A stretch of DNA of 63,311 nucleotides, the filler included, from Pelomyxa schiedti (Eukaryota; Protista; Evosea), in the NCBI GenBank assembly GCA_020536535.1. It is 6 parts of 6 records of this genome, joined end to end, with 100 filler letters (N's around TTAATTAATTAA, not from the genome) between each part and the next. Parts side by side here need not be neighbours in the genome. Positions count along the whole stretch, not along the records: positions 47,075 to 51,236 come from JAHLWZ010001631.1; positions 51,337 to 60,030 come from JAHLWZ010001309.1; positions 60,131 to 63,311 come from JAHLWZ010001809.1; 3 more parts are not named here. One strand, written 5' to 3'. How positions within the stretch are numbered: the stretch's first letter is position 1; every line of letters begins with the position of its first letter. Made by a program: the position numbers and the translations under genes. The notes below the pieces were generated by a model. That model ran no database searches and was not told the DNA's origin. It saw only the letters and a program-made list of their open reading frames with translations. Shown one piece after another: positions 47,469 through 60,300 of this stretch.

Positions 47469-48929
47469 ATGAGTAATTTACCACAAGTTGGACTGATTCA
47501 TAGCTCCTCCACGACCCTCATCTCCGCGATGTCCACCACGCCCACTTTTTTTGCGGTTGTGGTGATTATCACAAGACACAAGCCACTGAATAAAATAATC
47601 AACAGACCGGAACGCTGTCGGGTGATGTCTCTTCATCATCAAGGAAGCACGCCACACAACAACGATGTCGGTTCCCCTGGCGCCTCCTCCATGGCAACAG
47701 CGATCCCTGCATTCACAGCCCTGGACCAGTTCGTCGCCCTACTGGCGTCGTCGCACCCCCGCGCCGGCTCGCGCAGCCCAGCTCGCCCCGTGTGCTCGGT
47801 GTCCCCGCTGACGCGCCGCGTCTGGCGCATCGTTGTCTCCGACGTAGTCGAGGTGGTGCTCACGGTGGAGCCCAGCATCCTGGTCGCCGGCGCGACCGAG
47901 TCGTGGCGGGTGTCGTTCAGCGTGTCGCGCGCGACGCTCGGCGTGGTGGCGGACGTAGCCCCGCGGCGGCAGTGCGAGCACCCCAGCCCGGTGTGGGTAA
48001 CGCCGAGGCTCTGGCTCCACAGGGAGGCCGACGACGACGGATCCAGCGGGTGGTGGATGCTGATGACCAATTATGGGGGGTGCCCAAAGGTTGTGCATGT
48101 TGTGGGAGTGCGTATTCCTCCGGCCTGCGCTATCAATTGGAAGTGGTTCGTTACCTGTGAGAGGTCACTTGGGGACTTGCAGGAGGAGTATGCATTGAAG
48201 ATCAGGGACATCAGCGACGGGGCAGAGTCTCAGGGGACACTGGCACCTGTGGCTATTCCAATGCAAGAAAGCCCTGATTTGCGTTACTGCGGTCTGTTCT
48301 TCAATAAGGTGGCTCCTGACGAGGCTCTGGTAGTGATGCTGCGTGATGCTCCCTGCAAGGTTTCATTCACTTTGTTTGATGTTGGGAAGACGTACAGGTC
48401 AAAGCTCGCTGTGGTTGTGAGCTCTACGACCCTCACAACTTGGCCATCTTCTCACTCCTTGTCATGCGAAGTGGTTCTGATAATGAGGAAGATAAGTGGA
48501 GATGTGATGTTCATTTTGAGGCCACGTCAGAGGAGCTTGTGGCAAATGGTGGGGGCATTTGCTCTGGAGCCCAAAACTGGGAGTTTAACACAGATTGTGG
48601 AGAATTGTCCTCAGCTGTCACAGGTGAGTGAACGAGTGTTCTGCACAGCTTGTAACCTCACAGGCTACTACTACAACAATGCCACATTGTGGGACTGCAA
48701 CAACCTGGCAACACCCCTGAGGGAAGTAGTGGACCCTTGCAGCAGCAGTGGCAGCTTGTACCAGGTTGTTGGTGGTAGTGGGCTTCTGTTTACTGCTGCA
48801 CAACACTGTGACAGGAAGATCATATTTGTCCTTGATGCCACGTCACAGTGTGTTGTTCTGACCATTAATGTGAGCACTTTTCTCCACACAGAGGGTCCCT
48901 TCTGCATCACTCCACAAAGCTGTCTGTAG
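47469..48929 (+). CDS. WDCN-family protein, intact (true start probably ATG 47625 or 47691)
   Basis: ALDQFVALLASSHPRAGSRSPAR, CAINWKWFV, FFNK..DE, FDVGKTY, TLWDCN. Confidence 0.8.
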   Translation: MSNLPQVGLIHSSSTTLISAMSTTPTFFAVVVIITRHKPLNKIINRPERCRVMSLHHQGSTPHNNDVGSPGASSMATAIPAFTALDQFVALLASSHPRAGSRSPARPVCSVSPLTRRVWRIVVSDVVEVVLTVEPSILVAGATESWRVSFSVSRATLGVVADVAPRRQCEHPSPVWVTPRLWLHREADDDGSSGWWMLMTNYGGCPKVVHVVGVRIPPACAINWKWFVTCERSLGDLQEEYALKIRDISDGAESQGTLAPVAIPMQESPDLRYCGLFFNKVAPDEALVVMLRDAPCKVSFTLFDVGKTYRSKLAVVVSSTTLTTWPSSHSLSCEVVLIMRKISGDVMFILRPRQRSLWQMVGAFALEPKTGSLTQIVENCPQLSQVSERVFCTACNLTGYYYNNATLWDCNNLATPLREVVDPCSSSGSLYQVVGGSGLLFTAAQHCDRKIIFVLDATSQCVVLTINVSTFLHTEGPFCITPQSCL

Positions 48930-49581
48930 AAACGTGAGCACCAATTTGTCAGAAATTTTTTCTTCTTCATGTTCTTCAACACACCAAAGATGATCGGTGA
49001 TGACAGGGGCAATGTTGTTCTTCACTCGTGATTTTGATGTGCTTCTTCCTGCAATTTTGCGGTAGCGGTAGTGGCGTTTGAACCGTTGACTTTTGAACGA
49101 TACTCGGCCAATGGCTCCAACAAGAACGAGTCCGGTGGAATCTGCCGGAAAGAAATGTTAGAGTTGCCTTCTGTAGAGGGAAAGTTTACCTGTTGTTGTG
49201 TCCAACAGCTGCAGTTTCTTCTTTCTGAGATGTGATTTTTTCCTCCTCTGGCTTCCTTATTGTTATCCTCTTTTGGGAACTTCCGCACTCGTTTCCGGGA
49301 ACATGACTACAACAAAGCTGCATAACTTCTTCAAAAGCTGCTTTGTGTGGGGTGAAGAACGGGAGGATATCCTAAACACACCATTAGTTTTTGTTTTGTT
49401 CAAAGTGTTGTCGGTTTTTAAAACCTTGGAGAGCTGGGAGAGAAGCTGATTGATGTGCGCTTTCAAACCTGTGGTTTTTTAAGTGCGGAGTAATTATAAG
49501 TTCCGGGTAAAAATTGTGTGTATTACAGTGTAGTGCGACAATGTTTGTTTCATTAAAAAGGAGCGGGGTAGAGGTATATAT

Positions 49582-50630
49582 CTATCCCAGAACGAATGAG
49601 CTCAAGAACAGTTTGGAGTGGGAGAGATACACATTGTGAACGCAGAAAACATCTGGATCCGTGCTCTTAAATATCAGAGTGGGAGTAGTCATTTTCATAC
49701 TCAACAGCATTTCCAAAAGAGAAAGGGCAGTGGTCTGCTGCATGTATTGTGGATACGCCGGGAATGGAAGGGATGAAGCATGAAACAAGGCTGGAAACAA
49801 CGTTGGGGAACTCTGTTCACAACGTCCATCTCCACACAACCACAGTAAGTTACATATGTAAGGTAAGCAGCTTGAAATTTAAATTTGATCATCATAATCA
49901 CCACATCACGTCACATCAAATCACATACCAACAACACAGGGTCTGTGCATTTTACAGAAGCAATTGGAGTCAAGGCCAAAGTGTAAAGCTCGTGTTTCAT
50001 GAATCGGGGAAGGTAAGCTTCATATGTCTTTCAGGCAATTCAGTGTAAAAGTCATACAGCTGTACGAATGTTTCATGTCACATGGTGTAATTTTTTCTTC
50101 TTCTGAAACAAGTGACAATAGTAATACCTCCCAATTGTAGTCACTGGAGATCAGCTCAGCTCTCAGAAACGGAATGTTCACCCTCTCAATTTGTTGAAGG
50201 AGCCCGGCAACCAATTCAGGTCTGCATTGAATCATGAGTTATTATTATTATTAACTTGGATATGCGTTGTTGATTGTGAGGAAGGTGTCACAGGCCCTGG
50301 TGCATTGACACGAAACGCTGCCGCGCGCCTTGTACAAAGTCTTTCCAGTTCAATGACAGCTACCGGTATGTCAGTAATAAGATTATACAAAAGAGAGAGA
50401 GGCATTAGAATGGTCGTACTGGCAAAGAACAGGTAGGATTCCACATTCAACATAAATTCTTGCAACTTTACAAGGAAAAGAATTGCTGACAGTAGCACAA
50501 CGCATTGATAAGAGAGTTGATGTACCTGTTTGTTTGTTTGTTTTAGAAATCAAAGGTTAAAAAAAAAGAATACAGTTCCAGCAATTCACGGTCATAGTGC
50601 ATGTCCATCTGTTAAAAAGTTTGAGTGTGG
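49582..50630 (-). CDS. Hypothetical multi-exon protein
   Basis: Short minus-strand ORFs with plausible splice sites; no recognisable domain. Confidence 0.3.
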
Positions 50631-51015
50631 TTGGCATGTTTCTAGTTAATAATAATACCGTTCAAAGAGGGGAGCTAGTATTTTTCGCTGTTGATCAATG
50701 GGCAGCCTCTCCACACACCGTGAACACTCTCTACAGGTCGTCGGCCCCAACCACGCGTCCTCACTCGTGTGTGTTGTCTTGTTTTTGTGGTCACGGGTAA
50801 AGGAAGGCAAAAAAAAGTAAGGTATGATAGATAAAGAGAGGTTTCGTGATGCAACAATCACAACACGCCTTCAAGTCACCATCACGCTAACTCTCTTTTC
50901 CTGCCTGCTGCTGTTATCGAATCGGTGATTTCTGGGAGAGATCCATCACGGATTCTCACAAGAAGAAGAATCGAACTTTCGAAGAAACAAGAATTGCAAA
51001 AAACACATCAACACC

Positions 51016-51236
51016 ATGAACGAATCAGGGCAGCAGCGACGCGTTGGGGTGCGTGGTGCGCTCGCATCCCCCCGTCACGTCCTGTTGGCCCGAGACCAGC
51101 TCGCCGCCCTGCTCGCCTGCGCCGCGGTGCCCCGCTGCGGCGCCCGCAGCCCCGCGTCCCTCGTGCCCCACCACGTGCTCGCCAGCGACGTCGGCCAGAG
51201 GTTCGTCACGCACGTCGCCAGGACCGCCACGGTCTG
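51016..51236 (+). CDS. N-terminal fragment of a protein with the family motif (ARDQLAALL..PRCGARSPA), cut by contig end
   Basis: Motif shared with the N-termini at 889, 2075 and 47469. Confidence 0.6.
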
Positions 51237-51914
51237 NNNNNNNNNNNNNNNNNNNNNNNNNNNNNNNNNNNNNNNNNNNNTTAATTAATTAANNNNNNNN
51301 NNNNNNNNNNNNNNNNNNNNNNNNNNNNNNNNNNNNACCGCCCCGGGCAGTGATTTTTCACAGCTTTTTGACTGGATCACCGCCCAAAAAAACGGGGCAG
51401 AGCCGTTTACAGGAACTTGATCGGGAAAAAAAATCACCGCCCATTGATCCAGATATGAGGGTGGGTGTTGGTAGGTTTTCTATTCGGGGCTAAGACAGGC
51501 AGTGCTGCATCCAAAGGGGTCAGTGGGTATTTGTCATCCTCATGAGCACAATAAGACGCATTGCCTGAATCCAGCAAACCAAAGCATAAATGCCAGCTGG
51601 GCCAGAACTCATTACCCGTCGAGGTAGTGTTATAGCAGAAACCAGCTTGGGATTATGGTACAGAAACACCTTACGATTTCGAGGTGACGAGGGGCAAAGG
51701 CATGGGAGAGGTGAGAAAGAGACAAGTTGTGCTGGGCCAATGCTTAGCAACTTGCAGAAAGAAAAGCAAACTGTCCGCAAATAGGAAAACGGTTTGATAA
51801 AAAGCAAAAAAAGAGAAAATAAAGGAAAAAAAAAACAAAGTAACGAGGTATCGGTACCAGCGCCTCGCAGTAGCCGGATCTGCGACAACACCGTAAACAA
51901 AAGAAAACGATAAC

Positions 51915-54900
51915 ATGTCGAAGCAACTACCTTTGAGCGAGACTTGGGAGAAGCTACGCGCCCCCTTGAATGAGATCCTTATCAACAAAAAAGTTGGTCT
52001 GGACAACCGCAAATACATGACTCTGTATTCGTATGTCTGCGACTTTGCCCCGTTTTTGTTTTTGTAAAACACAGAGCCTTTCGCTTTCTCCTCTCTTTTC
52101 GTAACAACAACAAGAATTGCATTCTCGTATGTGAGTTCAATGAATGCGGATAACCAAGAGTTGTACCGACTCACAAACGTGATGCTGAAGGATCGAACAG
52201 CGGCACTCATTAAAGTAACTCCCCAGAATCCCCCATCACCACTCAATACCTGCAGGAAGCGCTTCCACTTCCAGATGAGGATCTCCTTGTGTTTTTCGTG
52301 CAGCGCTGGGAAGATTGGTCTGATGTCGTTAGGGTGATTGATCACTTGCTGGCATATCTGGTTGGTATCTTTGCAATTGAAAATTGGATTTATTTCTTTC
52401 CCAGAACCGAACTTGGATTAAGAACCAAAGGCAATCCAACGCCAATGTTTTCGAAATTGCCATGGTAACTTCCTCTTTGTTCCACGCTTTTGACCCACCA
52501 CAATGCAGACAGGGGATGTAATCTGGCGTGACAGTATGCTTGTTGGTATAAAGGAGAGGCTTACCGGAGCCATGTTGAGGCTGATCACGGATGAACGCAA
52601 CAACCAGCAAATTAATCCAACCCTGATCCGAAACTGCCTAAATTGCTATGGTAACTTCACGTTTTTCCATCGTCTATCTCACCTTGCCAGTGAGAATGGG
52701 TCTCAACAAGGAGAATCCTAAGCAACCCAACCTTGATGTGTACAAGGAGCATTTTGAACAACCTTTCATTCATGCCACCGAGGTATATTACACTGGTGAG
52801 TCTGCATCAGTTCTGCATGAAGCAGGAGTACCATTTTATATGAGGAAGGGTACTGGATGCACAATACATCTTTATGCTAAGTTCACCATTAGTTGAAAAC
52901 CGAATCAAGGAGGAAGAGGACAGAGTTGCCAGATACTTACACCCCACAACCAAGGAGCCTGTATGTTTAAAACTGAAGTCAACTTGGCAAAGTTATTTAT
53001 TTCCAATAGTTGATTACAAAACTGGAGCATGTCTGCATCGGAAATCACAAGGATGCACTCCATGCCAAATTTGTCGACCTGCTTAAAACTGATTCTGTGG
53101 AAGGTTCACCGATTTCGTAGTGGGTTTTTCTCATATGCAACAGATTTAAAGTTGATGTACAACCTTCTGGCACGTGTAGAGGCTGGCTTAGAGCCAATGA
53201 AGGGATTGTTTGAGAAGTATGTCAAAGCTGTTGGTCTTGAGGCCATCTCCACCCAACAAACAGAAGCTACCGAGGTAACCTTTGCGTATTAATTTTGTTT
53301 CTCACATAAAACAGAAACCTCAAGTGTTTGTCAACATCATTCTTGGAGTTTTCCGCAAGTACACTGGGCTTATTCAGACCGCATTTAAAGGAGATCCCGG
53401 TTTCGTTGCGGCACTCGACAAAGCTTTCAGGGAATTTGTGAACCACAACGCAGTTACTGATGCAGATACTGGTGGTGTGAAGGCGGCTGCTCAAGTTGCA
53501 AAGGCCCCCCAAATTTTGGGCAAGTACTGTGACTTGATTCTTCGCAAGGTACTCACTGTGAACGTATTTTCGTTCTCTTAACAAAGGTTTCAGGGGCCCA
53601 ACAATATCACCGATGATAGCGAGATGGACAGGACTCTCAATGATGTGGTATGCACTTTCCTTTTTTACTAGCCAGGTCATATTGCGCTAGGTCTCCATCT
53701 TCAAGTACTTCCCCGATAAAGATGTCTTCATGCTCGTGTACTCCAAACTACTGTCCAAGAGACTTATCAATGACATGTCTGCCAACCAAGATGCAGAGTC
53801 TAACATGATCACCAAACTGAAGGTACCAATCAATCACAGTTGTACTGTTCTCATATTTCACAGGCTGCTCAAGGATTTGAATACTGCATGAAACTTCAGC
53901 GAATGATTACAGATATGACACTGAGCAAGGATATCAATACCGAGTTCCAGAATTATCTTGAGACGAGCCACCTTTCACTTCCGTGTATGCAATTCAACCC
54001 TAAGGTCGCATTAACTTCATCGCAGTTGGCTTTAACATTTTCGTTCTTGCCACTGGTTCATGGCCACTGTCATCACCAAACACCAACTTCCAAGTTCCAG
54101 CTGAGGTCATACACCCACCAATTTCTTACAAGCTTACACAACCACAGGTAAACACAGCTGTTGAGAGCTTCAAAACGTTCTATGATACCAAGTTCCAAGG
54201 AAGGCGCCTTATGTACCTCCACCAACTTGCTCGAGCTGAGCTTCAAATGAAAATCGTTAGGCCTTTCAGGTATTGCATCACCGATCACACCCGATCTCAA
54301 TTGCTTCCAGGCTTCAGACAACAACCTACCAGATGGGTGTACTTCTCATGTTCGTCAATACTGAAGGCCCAGTTTTGTTCCGAGATATGCTCACGACCAC
54401 TCTTTTGCAAGACAAAGCTTTGAAAGTCACCTTACTGGTATGGGTTTAACTTGTGTAACTGGACTCACTTGTGACCTTCCCTCCTCTAGCCCCTTGTTAA
54501 GCTGAAAATTCTTACGTGCAGTGATGGCGAAGCCGTTAACAATTGGAGTGAAACTACCACATTCACTGTACCAAAGAAATTCCTAAGGTATTGATTGTCC
54601 TTATATGCACTCAATCGCACTAAATTAATACAGCAAACGGCCGCGCATCAATTGCGTGCTGAGTGTTCAAATTGACGATAAACCTGAAGACGATCCTACT
54701 GTTGAGGTCGATCAGGACCGCGTTTTCAAGCTCAAGGCATGTCGTCGGACCATCAACCATCTCTTAACTCCCAACCAGGCCGCCATTGTGCGTATCATGA
54801 AGGCCAGAAAGACTCTATCTCACACCGACCTTGTCCAGGAGACCATTGGTCAAGTTTCGAAGTTTGTACTTACCGTTAAAAGCACCCCAGACCCTCACCG

Positions 54901-55031
54901 CTCACAGGTGGTTCCAGCCCAAAGTGCCGATGATCAAGAAGACCATAGAGTCTCTGATTGAGCAAGAGTACCTCCGCCGTGCCAAGGATGCTTCTGGCCA
55001 AGACCTCAGGACCTACGAATATGTGGCCTAA
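51915..55031 (+). CDS. CUL1: Cullin-1
   Basis: YMTLYS, AYL|NRTW, DVYKEHFEQPF, FVAALDKAFREFVN, LGKYCDLILRK, DKDVF..YSKLLSKRLI, neddylation motif AAIVRIMKARK, IKKTIESLIEQEYL, YEYVA*. Confidence 0.93.
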
Positions 55032-55296
55032 ACACCACCAGGCCAACCAACCCATCCATTCAATGATACAATCAACTACTACAAAGAGCGCCGCACCAAC
55101 CAAACCAGCGACAACACCAAAGTGCCGATACCTCTACACCGCAGCCTGCCCCGTGCTAGGCAGAAAAAATAGCACCTCACGCGAAATCACCCATTTTTCT
55201 ATTTGGTTTGATTTCTTGTAAGTAACTAAAACAAATATCGAATAACAAGGCGCCCATATTGAAGCGACACCCATAATACTCGCCGTACGCGAAACA

Positions 55297-57205
55297 ATGA
55301 GCGGAAAGGCTGGTGGGGATGTTGTATCGGGCCTGGTGTCGACCGACAAGCACGCTCAGAGAAAGTCCCTCAAACAACTCTTGGTACTCCAAGAATAAAA
55401 AGTCGCGCTTGCTTTTTTCGGTTTTTTTCCTTTGATGTAATAAGAAAGCAATGTGTAAGTAAGTTTTTGAGTGACGTTGGGGATTGGAAGAAACTAGGGG
55501 TTGAGGATAGAGCACAAGTGGCTCAGGGGGTCCTCACAGTATTGTCATCCAACGACGAAATTGTTGCCACTGTGGCCACGAGGGTCATTGACGAGGCTCT
55601 GAGGCAGTTTTCTGTGATGGACTACACACGCTCTGACAACGGGGATGATACGGCGTCATCATCGGCTGCTAGTACTACTACTACTACCACCACTGCCACT
55701 GCATCATCCGATTCTGAGGAATCAAGGGGTAGAAACGCGGGTCAGGAGAAGGATCCCCTGTGCAACTGGATGTATGACTGGCTGGTGGCTACTTCACCCC
55801 CTTTAAATGAAAAAGGAGAAGTGGCAAGTGCTGCACCTACACCAGTTGTGGTTGGAGGGGCTGAGTGCGAGCAATTGTTTGCGTGTTTTATACCAGTGCT
55901 GCTCTGGATTTATCTATTTTGTGAGACACATGGACAACCTGTCCCTGGTGTGCACTACCTCAACCTTTTTCCATTGGTGACCCCTAATCCGAAAATGAAG
56001 GTATTGGTGCACTGTTCCAACTCATTTGGAATCGGGAAATAAGGAGGCAAGCTCAGGTACTATTTCGGCAACCTCCACCCCCTACATTGTCCAAAAGCCC
56101 TCCACCTCAACAACCAATCCAAGCCGCATCCCCCCTGACAGAATCTGCACTTAGACAGTTCACTCAGTGTGTACAAACAAATACTCCTAGGTTTCCTTAC
56201 ATTTTCATAGGCAGTCCGATCGACCCGGTACTACTATAGCAAGTGCCTCACAAACTAAGCGTGATCCAAACGAGCCACCTACACGAATGGAACTGGCTTC
56301 TTCTGTATTACATGTCTTCTATAGATACTTACATATTTTGAGCCCAAACATAATAAATCGAATGTGCGCTACACTGCGAAGGTATCTTGATTTAAGTCGT
56401 ATTCCCACATTGACTGCTTTGCGAACAGGGTGTTTTGCTACGCACACCCCTATGATCCAACACCAACATGCATTTGCCCTTGGACCGAAATTGTTTGTAG
56501 TTCCTGCAATGCCAATGATTCCACTGTATTCACTCTTTCCAGCATCACCGACCCTCAATGAAACGGCGACGAATTCCAATCGACAGTTTGTTTGTGCAAG
56601 AGTCCATGTCAATATTAACTATGGCATACCACGAGGGTGTCGGAAGTACTTCCGGAACAGATTTATGCAAATCAGGAATGGATGCCATTTCCGCTATCAA
56701 CAACTGGGCTGAATATCATCTCGATGTAGCGGTAAGTAGAGCCCATGAAGAATTTACCCAAACCCTCACACACACAAATTCACAGGCACTCATCAGTGTC
56801 AAGGCACTTCTCAACAACAAGGAAATGGTCGACGTTACAACCTCCCAAATCACCACCAAGCCCAAACCAGACGAGGAGGACGAGGAAGCTGAATCCACAA
56901 CAACAAGCACCACAACCAGCAGCACTTCAACAGCAGCAACAGCCACGACAACCAGCATCACATCCACGCGCACACAGCATTCCGGTGACAGCAAACACCA
57001 CCACCGGCATCACCGCGGAACCAATTCCAACAAGGAACACCCCGGCCGCAGCACTGCGGTTGTGGCTCCATCGACAATCAACACGGCACAGCCCATACAA
57101 CCACAGACCACACCTGAGAGTGATGATGATGATGACGAGGCCACAAAGCACAAGCTGGACAAGGACAATGATGCCGAGGAATTCTCTGACCCTGATGACG
57201 AGTAG
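55297..57205 (+). CDS. Hyccin/FAM126-like protein (PI4KA complex subunit)
   Basis: DPLCNWMYD..LFACFIPVLLWIYL..IGALFQLIWNREI resembles the hyccin N-terminal domain; acidic/Thr-rich tail. Confidence 0.62.
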
Positions 57206-57720
57206 AGCAGACCCTGACTGACCTATGATAAGGCCATTTGTACCCTATCATTACTAGTATCTCAAAGAGAAACATAATAACTACCACAATAAAAATTTCG
57301 TGTTGGAAATCCCATGAGTCGCTTTCTCCACGGGTTTCCGTTCCAATCATTTCCTACACGATTGTCCTCTGTGGAGTGATGACCATGAAACGACGTATTG
57401 TATGAAATCCGATGATTTTCCTTCTCATAACTGATTTTTAGTACTCCACAATCCCACAAGTACAACAACTCGTGCACCTGCCCGGTGGTGCTACGGAAAA
57501 ACGCAACGCAGAAAAAGGATGTTAATGCAGTGGTACTGAATACCTGATAAAATTTAAGCACCATCTGATGTATTTTTGGGTTTTTTTTTAAAAACTTTTG
57601 GTAAGCAGGAGGCTACTCCTGCTTTGTCTTGTGTTTGGTGTTTGGGTTTACTGCACCCTGTGTACTGTACAGCTAGAGGGTTTTACAAAGTGCGGACTGG
57701 GGTAAAGCCCCCCCATTGTG

Positions 57721-59215
57721 TCACAGTGATAATAATGAGGATGAAGAAGTGCTTGAGCCACCGAGGTTGCACTCCAGAACTTTTTGCAGTATCGCGATAG
57801 TGCCAAAGCCTAGTTGTTCATAATAAGTACGGCAAGAGTTTCGAATCGGTACTTACCAACAAAGAAGAAACATGTTACCCACCAGGTGTCAGTTGACTTG
57901 TCTGAAAAGAAGTTAGCAGAAGGAAAAAACGTATTAAGAACTGGCCTTTGTGCGCCTCTATGAGAAGCTCATCAGACACCAAAAACAAAAGAGCTGGAGA
58001 AAGGTATTACTTAAAAGAAACTGCGTAGATGCCTTACCCGCCATTCCGAAGCTGATTACACCAACGAAAATTGGACCCGACACATTTGATAGTATAGCGG
58101 CCCCGAGATATCCAAACAGCATGATGAGAATTGGAAGACCCATGCAGATGGGAATTCCAACCGCCCGAGGAAGCTCGTTTTTGGTCATTTGATTACTAGA
58201 TATTGTAAGCAAAACCGGAACCTACAAAGAGAAGGAAACCTTGTTGACATCCCAAGAAAACAGTCCTCGATAGCTAATGCGATAGCCATAACTAGACCCG
58301 ATGCGAAGTCTGTTCCAACATAGGTAATTCCAATAAGAAGACCGTCAATGGCCGCATCTGGAAGGAATCAAAACGGATTTGAAAGAAATAATAGCCACAC
58401 CAGTAGCAACAGGAACTAACAGGGGGAGGAGAGTGGAGATCAGTACGCGTGAAACTGGTGGGGAAAAATACCAATCAGTCCCCATGGAACCTTCAGCAAA
58501 GTGTCAATACACACTGCCTTGCGGTAGGCACATTTGTTTACGCCTTTTTCAGGGTCTGGGGAGAATTAAGGGGCTGCATATAGTTGGTATGTAATTTGTG
58601 GCCTACCTTCAACAACAATGTCAATCTGTCCAGATTCTTTGGATTTCAGAGGTTTTCTTTCATTGTCACTTTCACAGTCCGTATCTACCGAATCAGTTTC
58701 CACAAGTTGGGTTTTACTTGGATCACATGACGCCGGCTCCTCCGGGTCAACTTCATCCTGCTAATAATTGTTGGTGGGAGTCGACGGGAAATTTTTGTAC
58801 CTTGGAAATCTGCTCTTCGAATTCTTGATGACTCGGTATTAACCGAGCAATAACTAACATAATCATAACACCAACAGCAAATCCAATCAATATTCCGAGG
58901 TAATCGAGAACTGTTATGTGTTATAAAGGGGACAAAAGACTGAACATACGATCGGAGTACTCTTCGTCCAGTATAACTGGAAGCATTTCACACGCAACAG
59001 CGCATGACACAACCCCAGCCGCAAAGTGCTTACAAGAGATTAATTCATTGTACTACAAACTAAAATAAAAGTCGTACTTGCATCAAAGCAGTTATCTTGG
59101 GGTGGGGACTCCAAAACTGCACCAAACACATGCCCATTATCATGAGGCCCGTCGGAATAGCAGTTACCCACGTCAAAGTGGCGTAATCAACACCAAAGAG
59201 CCCGTCTTCTGACAT
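57721..59215 (-). CDS. ZIP-family zinc/metal transporter
   Basis: MQ|HFAAGVVSCAVACEMLP, DAAIDGLLIG, AISYRG region, FGMA..LVSDELL; hydrophilic loop between TM3 and TM4; stop 57721-57723. Confidence 0.8.
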
Positions 59216-60130
59216 TCTTCAAAGTGCTACTACACATGTCATAAAATTAGGTAAAAAAAAGAAAGAAGGAAAAACCCAAGCAAACAGCAACAACAGTGAC
59301 AACGCGACGCGTTTAGCGACGTACCGCTTTGATTGTCGTAGAACCGGTACGACCAATGTAGTGATGTGTGTGTTTGTTTTTCTTCAGAATTTTGAAATTG
59401 TAGTGCGTTGATATGTTCAGAAAAACATCACAAACGCAGTCTCCTAATTGAAAACGTCTTCTCTGCACAATCTTGTTCTTCCTCGAATTCCAGTCACCAC
59501 ACAGAAAGGGGTCAATTATTTTATGCACCATGTCAGTGAGAATGCCTTATGAATGCCACCAGCATTGCCAGCTGCTTCTGACACCACCCAAATCCTGTTG
59601 TAGGCACACATCAAGTTGGTCATGCTGGATTACCACCACACACATCCAGAACAAGGTTTTTTTCTTTCCATAATTCTGGGGGGCAAAAAAAACAAGGGTT
59701 TATCAGGGAACCAATCCAGTGGAAAATTGGGAACCACCCCCCAAATTTGTTCAAGAAGCCGAAATGAATTCCTGGCAATAATACATTGTTTTATTTTCTC
59801 CTCCACTCTACTGAGTTCAGAGATATTACTTTTGTTGTGAGAGTTGGGGATTGTGGGTTTTGGGAATGAATTTAGAGCATGGAGCAGCCACCCTTCTTGC
59901 TCTTCTTGATTTCGGTTGTGCCCTGCGGATTTCGCGCACAAGTTCAAAGAATGAGTTCTCGACGTTGATTCGCGTGCGGGCCGATGTCTCCCTGCATATT
60001 TGGTTAATTATGGCTGTTCATATATTATTTNNNNNNNNNNNNNNNNNNNNNNNNNNNNNNNNNNNNNNNNNNNNTTAATTAATTAANNNNNNNNNNNNNN
60101 NNNNNNNNNNNNNNNNNNNNNNNNNNNNNN

Positions 60131-60235
60131 TTGAAGTCATTGAGCCAACATCGGGGCGGGTTGTCCTCGTCATCAATTTCCCCGATGTCAGGTGGATACA
60201 CCTCAGCACTCCATTCTCATGCTTCTTGGTCTGAA
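60131..60235 (+). other. 3' end of an upstream paralog of the 60301-61590 gene
   Basis: EVIEPTSGRVVLVINFPDV matches EVIEPTSGSVVLTINFPEV at ~61495-61550. Confidence 0.6.
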
Positions 60236-60300
60236 CCTCGCAAGTTTAAACTATCACCGAAAAGAATTGATTTCTTCTACTTTTCGAAAAACGAAAAAAC

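Noticed and set aside
51345-51442. 14-bp imperfect inverted repeat (gggcagtgattttt / aaaaatcaccgccc) at a contig start
   Set aside because: Too short and truncated to support a transposon end or RNA structure call.
28011-55031. Apparent ubiquitin-system cluster (F-box, USP, cullin, putative adaptors)
   Set aside because: The genes lie on different concatenated contigs or are separated by unrelated genes; no evidence of linkage.
59300-60030. Short ORFs upstream of the ZIP gene
   Set aside because: No coherent exon structure or recognisable motif.
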